Of a DNA stretch of 64,000 nt, positions 24,173 to 35,898 are shown piece after piece. Location: positions 5,208,001 through 5,272,000 of the forward strand of contig NC_043026.1 in NCBI RefSeq assembly GCF_006345805.1, read 5' to 3'. The position numbers and the translations under genes were made by a program. The notes beneath the pieces were generated by a model. The model searched no databases. It was given only the letters and a program-made list of their open reading frames with translations, and was not told where the DNA came from. The stretch is from Octopus sinensis (Eukaryota). Position 1 is the stretch's first letter. Each line of letters starts with the position of its first letter.

Positions 24173-26514
24173 ACTTTCTTTTATTAGCCACACAGGGCTG
24201 AATACAGAGGGGACAAATACAAATGCAGAGCTTTTCTTTTCGAGGGTGGAAAAAAAGAGAATAAATGTAAGATTGCGATCAAAAGGGATCGAGAGGAGGG
24301 AAAAAAAACGAAAAAAAAGGAAATCGTGTATCACAGAAATAATGATATAAACATTGATATAACAAAATTGGGTTCATCCGTGGGAAGAAAAGCCTACAGA
24401 AAAGACCACGGGAACCTCAGTCAGGGAGGAAATAACCACATGAGATCAAAATGCTCTCTTTCTTTCTTTTTTACGATCTACAGGATCATGCTCAAAATGG
24501 TTTCGTTACTAGCACGCACCATCTTTGCAACATTCACCCATCTTTTTTTGAATCTTTCGCGAGACAAAACTTCCCTCTCCATTCTCACCTTCCTTTTCAA
24601 GTGGTACTTGAAAAAGTTGATGAGCGATTGGCCAGAGAGGTAAGTGTTTGTCTCTAATCCTTTCGCTCGAGTCCACCACACACATTCTTTCACCATGGCC
24701 ACCAGTACGATGAAAACTGCCTTGCCTTCCCGGTTGAGGGAAGGGGGCGGAGCAATTCTCACGATAGACTCGGCCGACAGGCGGATTCGTCCCACACGTG
24801 ACAGCAGCCGTTCGGCATAAGCCCACAGGTCAGAAATGGTTGGACATTGCACGAGTGCGTGCAGAACGGTTTCGTCGCTCTGACCGCATCTCGGGCAAGT
24901 CGGTCCAGTGTGTCTGGAACCGTGTCTGTAGAGCTTATCCCGAACAGGTAATGCTTCTCGATAGCACTGCCAGGCCAGGGATCTTTGGTGATTGTTCATA
25001 GGTCCCGGCCCGAAAGTTGTCCTGAACAGGCGGGTCAGGTGTTCCTCGTCGACGCCCAGACTCTGCCCGAGTTCGTCGTCGCACCTCCCCTCCACTAATC
25101 CTCTATAGAATGCCTTTGTTGTGATGGAGTCGCACAAGTTCGATCCCGGACGGCAGAGTTGCTTGAGAGCAACGCGACACTCGCGGTGCCATTCGCCTAG
25201 CCTCGGTCTCTGCTTGATCCATGACTGTAGTTCGTCCAAGGAGACGAGCTGCGGGAAAGCGCGCCGCACAAAAGGCGACCACACCTGTTCACCGTTGTCT
25301 ATGAAGCGCCGGAGATGTCGCAGTCTCAGCGCATGTCTGCGCATCATCAACCACGGCATGCCCAGCCCTCCATTTAGCGGGTGTTGGCAGCAAATGGATC
25401 GCCTAACCATCGGAACGTTTCCCTTCCACAAGAAGCGGAAGAGTATACGTTCCAGTTTGGTGATGGTAGGGTCGGGACAAGGCACGATGGTCAGACGATA
25501 CTCGATGACGGATGCGATGTACGCGTTCGCCACCTCCGCCCGACCTTTTAGGGATAGCTTTCTCTCAGCCCATTTCTGGGTGAGAGTAGCCACCCTAGTC
25601 GTTATCTCGCCCCAGTTCTTCTCCATTTGGAGGTCCGGACCGAACCAGACCCCGAGCAATTTAACCGGTCCGTCCGTCCAGCGTCCCACGATGGAGACGC
25701 TGTTGGACGGCATGGGCTTGCTTCTCCAGGTGCCGAGCCGCAAGCCCACTGACTTTTCCCGGTTAATTTTTGCTCCCGTTACCGCTTCGTATTCTTTTAG
25801 TATCTCGCCGACCAGCTCGATGTGCTCGTAGCTCGACACTATGACGGTGACGTCATCCGCGTATGCAGACACGCTCCTCCCGCATCCCAGCTCTCGTGGG
25901 ATGCCCCTCAGCGTCGCCAGTTTCCGCAGTAGTGGCTCAAGAGTCAGTACATACAGCAGCGATGAGAGGGGGCATCCCTGACGAACCGAACGCATGATGT
26001 TAAAAGGTCTGGATAGATGACCATTTACGCGAACTACTGAGCGGATGCCGCTGTATAAGGCAGCGATCCAACCGCGGAAAACTGGACCGAAACCAGCCGC
26101 TTTAAGGACAGCCTCCAAGTAGTGATGGTCTACCCTATCGAAGGCTTTTGATTGATCGAAATTGATCAGCGCCCCACCCATGCCAGGATTTTTAACTACC
26201 CTGTCTATGATGTAGCGCATCAGATGGAGGTTGTCATGAATACTTCTACCCGGCACGGCGCATGTTTGCGCCTTGTCAATTAGTTTCTTGATGACAAGCG
26301 CCAACCTCTCGGCTAACACCTTGGCCAAAATTTTCAAATCTGCGTTGAGCAGAGTGATGGGCCTGAAATTATCTATGACGTCCCCCTTGTTTGGGTCTTT
26401 CTTAATCAGTGCCACTGCTCCTCGCTTTACAAAAGCAGGAATACTCCCGTTCTGCTGCCAGTTGCAGTAGACAGCTGCCAAGACGCCTCCAAACAAGTCT
26501 GGCATATGAAAATA
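24173..26514 (-). mobile_element. Tx1 element B, 3' part (RT to 3' end), a distinct subfamily
   Basis: Open RT frame 24478-26505 clearly diverged from A; 3' terminal motif ttttattagccacacagggctgaa shared with A. Confidence 0.95.
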
Positions 26515-29073
26515 ATTTTCCACCCCTTCCTACTTGCACAATTGGACCAAACACACCAATTTTACAAACTGCAGCCAAAAACAACATCACCACCAGCAAC
26601 AACAATAACAAAACAACAACAAATTTCGCTGAGGCGATTAAAGAAGAAAAAACAACAATATATTTTACGGCCCAGCAAATCCAGGACACGAACATTACAA
26701 TAACAGAATCGGATGGTATAGTGAAGATAAACATACCAGAAGACATTTTGGAAGATGAAAAAAGACGAACAATCATTTATAAAATAGTTAACAAGAAAAC
26801 AAAAAGCCTAGAGAAGGCTAGCACAAGCAAAATAGAGAAGTGCTTGAAGCCCATCTGGAATCACAAAGAATATGTGACCTGGTGGAATAAATTTGCCCAC
26901 ATACAAGTTGTTTTCTACACCGAAGAGTTAGCTAGACGTTTCTCAACGCTAACTCTTCACTCAGATGAACTCCAGCTTACACCGAGCTATCGGGGACAGA
27001 AAGTGACTAAGATCACTCTAAACAATGTCCCCAAAATAGCCAATAATCTATGGCTTGTGAAGGCATTATGCGTAAAAATGTCAAATTTTACCATTTTGGA
27101 AACCACGGTCACGGAACATAAAAACTGGGTGGGAAAGAAAGTAGAATTTCTTCTACACATTAATCAAGAAGACATTAAAAAAATACCCACCCAGATATAT
27201 GTATCTGACGACCACAAGTTGTATGTGGTCGTCGATGGCAGAAGACCACGTTGCTACATATGCGGCAGTGAGCAACACCTTAAAAAGGACTGCAAATCTG
27301 CCGCAAGAAAACAACAGCAACAACAACAGCAGCCGGGAAAACAAACAAATAAACCAGGTTTACTACCCACACCACGTTTTGCAGGAACAAACCTCACCAA
27401 CCAAACAACCACACCAACTGCAGCACCAAGAACAAAAGCAACATCACCACCAACAACAACCAAGAAAAAACCAACTCCCAAACCAAGGACATCTGCCAAA
27501 AAGACACCAAGCGAAAATGAAGAAACAATTACAACTCCAAATCCCCACAAAATTGAGACCCCAAACAACACAACAATACCTACAATCACTCAAACACAAA
27601 ATACCCACACCCCACCTCCAAAACCGCATACACCACAACCAAACGCTCACCAACCAACACCAACAACAAAATCAACACAGTCGACAATAGACCCCAATAT
27701 TTTCCCTCTTCCAGGCTCCGATTCGTCTGATTTGTCTTTAGACGAAGAAGACACGGAAGATTGGCAAATAGCCACAGGGGGGGGGGGAGAAGAAAAAGGG
27801 GGAAAAAAAAGAAAAGAAAAAATAACAAACAAAGCGGGAAGATACACCACTCCCGAAACAAAAACAACCACAGAAAACAAACACATCAACACAAACACAC
27901 CATCACCAAACCCCCCAACAATGTTGATAGCCATAAACACTGACAACCACGACCTAATGGAACACATTAGGTCAAACACTAACATTACTGAAAACGACAT
28001 AAAAACAAGTAACCACCCACACACAACACCACCACAACACATTAAAATAATACACGTGACACAGAACACATACAGCACCCTGAAATCTCTTTACCCTGAT
28101 GCAGTAGGGAGATTTCAAAAGTACTCCTCCAAAAAACTGTACAAAAGCCTCATAGAAGAAGACCGTGAGGTGAAAGACAAAGAACTTTCGAACAACAAGT
28201 AACCTTTTCTCTCTCCTTTTCCTTTTTTGCACTTTTATCGGAACATGCTCAGAATAGGTAGTATAAATGTACGTGGCTTGGGGTCGCCTTGGAAACAAGG
28301 CTACCTGTTAAATGACATCAAGTCACTAAATCTAAATATCATAGCCATCAGTGAGACCAGACTCCACAGCTTGCGGGCACTCCAGCACATTTTCGGTACA
28401 CATTTCAACATTTATTTTTCTCCGTGTCTACCGAGAATGGGCGGAGGTGGCATCGCGGTGCTTATCCGAAAGAGTCTGGATCTCAAAGTAAGAGCAAATT
28501 TCCTAGACCCGGAGGGTAGGCTGGTCGTTTTGGATGTCGATGGCAGCAATGAGTGTGCTTTTCGACTGATAGCAGTTTATGCTCCGTCTTTAACAGGCCG
28601 ACCAGATTTCTTTCGACGTCTAGAGTCTTTCATGGGAACGTCTGGTCCTTTACTTTTAGTGGGGGATTGGAATGCCACCCTGGACACGCATCTAGACTAC
28701 GTGGGCAGAGATAGCAATAGAAGGGGATGCAAATGCCTCAAAGACCTGCTCAGACGTTTCCAACTGTCTGACAGGTACCGACTGGACCACCCGAATGTGC
28801 CAATGTGGACATGGAGTAACCGCATCGGGTCGTCCAGATCATACTTAGATAGAGTATTCTGTAGGACAATAGATAAAAATAGTGTAGGTTGTCCACAATT
28901 TCATATAGTCAGTTACACAGATCACAAGTTTGTGACTTGTACACTTGACTTAGATAAGACACATAGGCAGGGTCCTGGTTACTGGAAACTGAACGCGTCT
29001 TTTACAGCACGACAGGTTTACGGGGACCGGATCAGCACATTAGTTAAGAGAGCTTTGACGGGTACCATCATCA
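26508..29073 (+). mobile_element. Tx1 element B, inverted 5' part (ORF1 + endonuclease)
   Basis: ORF1 from ENNFPPL to 28202 with RCYICGSEQHLKKDC; APE frame from 28227 (INVRGL, ISETRL, VGDWN, GPGYWKLN) breaks after KRALTGTII. Confidence 0.92.
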
Positions 29074-29258
29074 CAACACTCCGCTTCTCTTGCCGAGAGC
29101 CGCGGCAGGTCGGTCAGGTAGGCACTGAAATCCATCCCTCGTTCCGACCCACCACTCGCACCAAACAGTCGAGCAAAGTGCTGTTGAAAGGCCTCACACA
29201 TCCTTTCGGGTTCGAGTAAACTGCATCCCTGTTGATCTATTAAAGACCGAATGGTTGA
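29071..29258 (-). mobile_element. 188-bp internal fragment of the element A family ORF2
   Basis: Matches 20606-20793 and 29882-30068. Confidence 0.92.
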
Positions 29259-32200
29259 CGGACCGAACGCGTGATGTCAAACGGTTTCGACAGGTGACCG
29301 TTCACCCGAATCACCGATCGGATGCCGCTATACAAGGCAGCGATCCAACCGCGGAAGACGGGACCGAAGCCAGCCGTCCTGAGGACGGCCGCCAAGTACC
29401 GATGGTCGACCCTATCGAAGGCTTTAGACTGATCCAAATTTATCAGCGCCCCACCCATGCCAGGATCCTTAACTACCCTGTCCACAATGTAGCGCATCAG
29501 ATGGAGGTTGTCATGTATGGTTCTGCCCGGCACGGCGCATGTTTGCGCCCTGTCGACCAGTTTACCAATGACAAGCGCCAACCTCTCGGCTATTACTTTG
29601 GCCAAAATTTTCAAATCTGCGTTGAGCAGAGTGATGGGCCTGAAATTATCTATAAAATTCCCCTTGTTTGAGTCTTTCTTCAGCAACGTCACTGCACCTC
29701 GGCTCACGAAACCGGGGATTCTCCCGTTTTGTTGCCAGTTGCAGTACACTGATGCCAAGAGGTCGCCAAACAAGTCTGGCATTCGACAATACAGCTCGTA
29801 GGGTAAACCATCCAATCCAGGCGACTTATCCCTCGCGCAGCCCGCCATCGCATCCCACACGTCAGCGGCTGTGATGGAACTTTCACAACACTCCACTTCT
29901 CTTGCCGAGAGCCGCGGCAGGTCGGTCAGGTAGGCACTGAAATCCATCCCTCGTTCCGACCCACCACTCGCACCAAACAGTCGAGCAAAGTGCTGTTGAA
30001 AGGCCTCACACATCCTTTCGGGTTCGAGTAAACTGCATCCCTGTTGATCTATTAGAGACCGAATGGTTGATCTGTTGCCACGCTGCGCCTCCGCTACCCG
30101 GGCCTCTCGCGCAGCTTCAATCCCTTCGTTCCTTAAGGCACACATTTTAGCTCTGACGACGCAACCTTCGTGCTTGGCGTTGAGGTGTTGGTCGAGGGCC
30201 ATCCTCGCAGCCAGCACGTTGGTTGCGCTGCCACTGGTAAGTGCCTCTTCTAGTTTCTTAACTAAGTCTCCCTCTACTCTATTTCGTTCTATCGCTAATT
30301 CCTTGCTAAACCTAATTGATTCCGATTTTATTGCCATTTTCAGGGCGTACCACCAGCGGTTGTTAACGATCGCTCCCGTCAGTGCCCTCTTAATTAACTC
30401 GCTAATCCGGTTCCTGTAAACCTGTCGCGCTAACAGCGACGTGTTCAGTTTCCAGTAACCGGGACCCTGCCTATGTGTTTTATCTAAGTCGAGCGTACAC
30501 GTAACAAATTTGTGATCTGTGTAGCTGACTATTTAAAATTGTGGACATCCTACACTATCCCTATCCGCTGTCCTGCATAGAATTCTATCTAGATAAGATC
30601 TCGACGATCCGACGCGGTTTGTCCAAGTCCACGTTGGCACGTTCGGATGGTCGAGTCGGAACCTGTCAGACAAATGGAAACGTCTGAGCAGGTCTTTGAG
30701 GCTCTTACACCCCCTTCTATTCCTATCCCTTCCCACATAATCTAGATGCGTGTCCAAGGTAGCGTTCCAATCCCCTACTAACAGTAAAGGTCTAGACGTA
30801 CCCAGGAAAACCTCTAGACGTCTGAAGAAATCCGCCCGACCCGTTAAGGACGGTGCATAAACTGCCATCAGACGGAATGCACACCCATTTCTGCCATCCA
30901 CGTCCAAGACAACCAGCCTACCCTCCGGGTCTAGGAATATTGCTCTTACTTTTACCTCTAGACTCTTTCGAAAAAAGCACCGCAGTACCTCCACCACCCA
31001 TGTTCGGCAGACAGGGAGAAAAATAAATGTCAAATTGATTGCCAAACATGGACTCGAGGGCCCGCGGCTTACTGAGTCTGGTTTCACTGATAGCTACTAT
31101 ATCCACGTCCAGTGACTTGATGTCGTTTAGAAGGTAACCTTGCTTCCAAGCCGACGCCAAGCCACGCGCATTCACACAACCTAATTTAAGCATACTTGAC
31201 ATTTACGAAAATTGTGTTTTACACACTATATTAGAAGAGACAAGAGGCAAGAAGTGAGGTCACTTACTCATTTTAAAAGTTTCATTTTTTTCTTCTTCTT
31301 CTTTTGTATCGTTTTTGATGAGGTGTTTGTATAGTTTTTTCGACAGGTATCGTTGATACCCGCCTACCGCATTCGGAAATATTGTTTTCAGTATGTGGTG
31401 TTGTGCTTGTGTTATGTGTAAAATTCTGATGTGTTTCGGTGGTGTGGTGTGTGGATGATTGTTTGTCTTAAAGTCATCTTCACAGACGACCATGTTAGAT
31501 TTGATGTAGTCCATTAATTCTTTATTGTCTGTGTCTATTGCAGTTAGTTGTGTGTGTGGTTTTACGGGTTCATTACTTTTTTGATTGTCTAGGGGGATGT
31601 TGTCCTGAGTTAGATATCTCCCTGCTTTAATTCCTTGTTTGGTGGATTTTTTGGATCTTTTTCTTTTACCCCTTGTGGCTATTTGCCATTCCGTCGAACT
31701 TTCTTCGTCCGACGTATCAGTATGGGGTAGAGGAAAAAGAACAGGATCACTATGTATGCTTGTATAAATTGTTGATGTTTTGTGCGGTGTTTGTGTTGTT
31801 GTGGTGTTAGGGGTAGCATTTGTCTTCTCGTCAGTGTTTTCTGTCTTTTTAATTGTCGTCCTGGGTGTGGGTGTGGGTCGATTTTTTGAAGATTCAACAA
31901 GTTTAATTGGTTGTGACGTCAACGGTGATTGTGTTGGTACTGTTTTCTTGGTGATGTTGTTGGGGTTTGTTTGCTGGTTTGTTGTTTTTCTTGGCATTGT
32001 TCCATAATTGAGTGTGTTGGTGTTGGTGTTGGCAACAAAGGGATTTTATTTGTTTTCTGAATTGTTCTTTCTTGTTTTTTCTGTACCAGATCGCACTTGG
32101 CAATCAAATGTTCGGGGCTGCCACATTTGTAGCATCTAGGCTTTTTGCCTTCTGCCATAACATATAAGCATTGCCCATTCTCCAGGTATATCTTGTCCGG

Positions 32201-33347
32201 TAGGCTCTCGATAGAGGCCCCCTCAATCTGGATGGTCACTACTACTGTTTTTCCACCCCAATTGTCGTTTAGGTACACGGCTGTTTCTAGAATATTGATC
32301 TTTTTCAAGTGGTAACAGATTGCCCTGTTATCCATTTGTTCGGCATATCGGGGGGCACATTTCTGATAGCAATTCTACTCACCCTCTGGTTTTTATAATA
32401 AGGGACCATGATGATTTCATCATTTCCCAGAGACTCAGTAGAGTGAGCTTTTGCCACTTCCTGGTTAGGGAAGCGGACCACTACTGTGTTAAACTGGGGA
32501 CCCCAGTTTATATACTCTTTTTCTTTCATTATGTTTTTTAAACATTTCTCTACATCAGTTTTTGTAATCTGTTCATTGGTTTTTTGTTTTTTCTAATAAT
32601 TTTATATACAATTGTCTTATTTTCTATTTCTTGTTTTATATGTTGAGGTGTATGCAGGACTAAATCTTGTCCACGGGTTGTAAAGAGAGCTCTTGTTTCT
32701 ATGAGCTCTTCATTTGTGAATGTAACAATCTCCTTTTTCTGGCGAAGAATATCTGCGAAATTTACTGTTGTTGACTTTTTTGTATTAACATCTTCACTAT
32801 TAGATAGTTCATTTTTATTGTTGTTCTTGTTGTTGCTGTTGTTTTTGTCAATAGTTTTCGTTTCAGTTTTATTTTTATCATTTATGTTGGTCGTGGTAGC
32901 GGTGGTGGTGGTGGTGGAGGAGGTGGTGGTAGCATTTGTTGTCTCGTGGTTGCTGTTGTTAGTGGTGGTGGTGGCGGTGGTGACAGGGCTGTTAACGCAC
33001 GTGGTTGCAGCGTTCATTTCACCGAATTTTACGTTTGCATTTTCCGTGCGAACGTTCTTTTTTTTCTCTATCGTTTCCAGACTAGGAAAATTTTGTTCCA
33101 TAAAAGAACGCGACCAGCGTTCTACAATAAAATTTCTAGACATTTTCTAATGTCGAGAATAAAATTACAGAAATGAAATGGGGTCGAAACTGCCCCTAGG
33201 GGCGAATTCCTCCCTTGGAAAAGCACTCAAACGAAAGTTGGTTGCCTTACACACCTTATTTGCAAAAATTTACACAAAAATTGGGCTATAAATAGTCAAA
33301 ATGAAAGATTACCTTCGGAGTCGAAGCGATAGCACATCCATAGACAG

Positions 33348-33348
<1 letters not shown>
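29256..33348 (-). mobile_element. Tx1 element C: near-identical copy of A with the 3' 1.8 kb missing
   Basis: Colinear with 19979-24072; several homopolymer frameshifts; 5' end abuts (GATA)n. Confidence 0.95.
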
Positions 33349-33532
<184 letters not shown>

Positions 33533-33606
33533 CCTTCGAAACAAGCATTGAGTCAAACCAGGGGCAGTTGATGAAGTGGAATTTTCCTTGTATTGTTTGT
33601 CCTGTA

Positions 33607-33645
<39 letters not shown>

Positions 33646-33849
33646 TTGTATATATATTACATTATATAAGGGCTTAGTAAAATCAATTACTTTGCCACAT
33701 ACTGAACTCATTAGAAATAGCAGCCAAAAAAAATTTTTTTGGCCATTTCTAATACTTAAAGAAAATTTCTCTCAGATAGTGTTTACTCAAAATAACTCAC
33801 GAAGGTATGGGGGTAAAAACATTAAAAAATCACAAGTGCAAAGGTTATT

Positions 33850-33907
33850 TGAGAACGTACGTTTCTAGATTAGCCAAATACAATTCGACATTTCTTTCGT
33901 CAGCTCA
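33850..33907 (-). ncRNA. Type I hammerhead ribozyme (core intact)
   Basis: Minus strand: tgag-CTGACGA-aaga...tcta-GAA-ACGTACGT-T-ctca; palindromic stem III, GUU site. Confidence 0.82.
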
Positions 33908-34395
33908 GAATTCCTTAATTCGGATTTGGGAACACTGAAAGTGGGAGCATTCCCTTTTGGCTTCTTTTCACCTCAGAAGATCCTCTCGAACTAACAGTAT
34001 CAACAAATTCAAAATATGCAAGCGAAGAATTTCTGCCGTCCCTCTTCCACCAGCGTGGGTTGATTTTGGCATACACTATGTTTTTTCGGTGAAAACCGAA
34101 GCATTAAACAGAGAGAAATGAATTATAATTTCAACAATTGAGGGTAAAATTAATTAATTATTATTAATCAATTTCACCAAGTATTCAGTATGTAAAGGGA
34201 CCATTTAAGGCGAATTCAAAATATTACATTATATAAGGGCTTAGTAAAATCAATTACTTTGCCACATACTGAACTCATTAGAAATAGCAGCCAAAAAAAA
34301 TTTTTTTAGCCATTTCTAATACTTAAAGAAAATTTCTCTCAGATAGTGTTTACTCAAAATACTTTCAGTGTTCCCAAATCCGAATTAAGGAATTC

Positions 34396-34453
34396 TGAGC
34401 AGACGAAAGAAATGTCGAATTGTATTTGGCTAATCTAGAAACGTACGTTCTCA
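34396..34453 (+). ncRNA. Inverted hammerhead copy with core mutation (CAGACGA)
   Basis: Mirror of 33850-33907 with U4 changed to A. Confidence 0.72.
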
Positions 34454-34570
34454 AATAACCTTTGCACTTGTGATTTTTTAATGTTTTTACCCCCATACCT
34501 TCGTGAGTTATTTTGAATAAACACTATCTGAGAGAAATTTTCTTTAAGTATTAGAAATGGCTAAAAATTT

Positions 34571-35013
34571 TACGGTGGCACGTAAAATACACCAATCTGA
34601 CCGTACGACAGGCACCCATGCCAACCCCCTTGCTTGCGAAGACATGTTGGGGCAATCGAAATCGAATTGAACCAGCCAGGATCCCTGGTCTGGTGGTACG
34701 TAAAAAGCACTATCCGACTCGTGGCCGATGCCAGCACCGCCTCGTTTGGCTTCCGTGCCGGTGGCACATAAAATACACCAATCCGACCGTGGCCGTTGCC
34801 AGCCTCGCCTGGCACCTGTGCAGGTGGCACGTAAAAAGCACCCACTACACTCACGGAGTGGTTGGCGTTAGGAAGGGCATCCAGCTGTAGAAACACTGCC
34901 AGATAAGACTGGAGCCTGGTGCAGCCTTCTGGCTTCCCAGATCCCCGGTTGAACCGTCCAACCCATGCTAGCATGGAGAACGGACGTTAAACGATGATGA
35001 TGATGATGATGAT

Positions 35014-35015
<2 letters not shown>
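34571..35015 (+). mobile_element. RTE 3'-UTR-derived repeat/SINE with (GAT)n tail
   Basis: Near-identical to 38365-38812. Confidence 0.9.
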
Positions 35016-35044
<29 letters not shown>

Positions 35045-35171
35045 CATATGATATACTTACATATATGAGCATATACATACAAATATATGTGGTTTTAGAG
35101 TCAAGTTTTAGCTGCTATTTCCAGCGTGGTGCTATCTCTTAGATGCCCTAAATTATAATTTTAAATAATTT

Positions 35172-35490
35172 TGCGTTGGTGGCATGCAAAAAGCACCATC
35201 TGAACGTGGCCGATGCCAGCGCCGCCCTGACTGGCTTCTGTGCCGGTGGCACGTAGAAAGCACCAACCAATCGTGGCTGCTGCCAGACTCCCCTGGCTCC
35301 AGTGCCGGTGGCACGTAAAAAGCACCCACTACACTCACAGAGTGGTTGGCGTTAGGAAGGGCATCCAGCCATAGAAACACTGCCAGATCAGACTGGAGCC
35401 TGGTGCAGCCTTCTGGCTTCCCAGATCCCCGGTCGAACTGTCCAACTCATGCTAGCACGGTAAACGGACGTTAAGCGATGATGATATATA
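35172..35490 (+). mobile_element. RTE-tailed SINE-like repeat
   Basis: ggcacgtaaaaagcacc modules, gagtggttggcgttaggaagggcatcc, gatgatgat tail. Confidence 0.85.
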
Positions 35491-35516
35491 TATATTTAAA
35501 ATTATAATTTAGGGTA

Positions 35517-35570
<54 letters not shown>

Positions 35571-35749
35571 CAAAATTAGAAAATGGAGAAACATACTTAA
35601 ATCAATAAAACATCAACCATCAGATGATACCCAATCAATACTTTATTACACCATTACATATCAGTAAAGGCATTATATTACATAGTAAATATAAATAGAC
35701 AAGGAAATAGAAATATAAAATATAAGATATAATATGTAATTATATCATA

Positions 35750-35859
35750 TCTGACAGCTGTTTCGGCAGTAAGGGCAGTCATACCTCATTTAACCTATAA
35801 GCCATAAAGGCAGGTATAAATGAGGCATTAACAAGGATGCCCCACGGCCTCTTCAGAGA
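35750..35859 (-). ncRNA. Type I hammerhead ribozyme with long stem II
   Basis: Minus strand: tct-CTGAAGA-ggc...(extended hairpin)...gcc-GAA-ACAGCTGT-C-aga; GUC site and canonical G10.1-C11.1 pair. Confidence 0.85.
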
Positions 35860-35898
35860 ATTTAATTTGTTATAATTGTGAAAAAAATTAATTTTCCA

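Larger units (their letters stand above)
33654..34570 (-). mobile_element. Hammerhead-bearing non-coding element: 567-bp monomer, partial second monomer and inverted cap (Penelope-like/retrozyme-like)
   Basis: 33654-33794 repeats at +567; 34362-34570 is the reverse complement of about 33735-33943. Confidence 0.8.

Noticed and set aside
26409-26523. Track starts of the 597-aa (+) and 681-aa (-) ORFs
   Set aside because: Both run through the inversion junction into antisense sequence; the N-termini are artefacts of the rearrangement.
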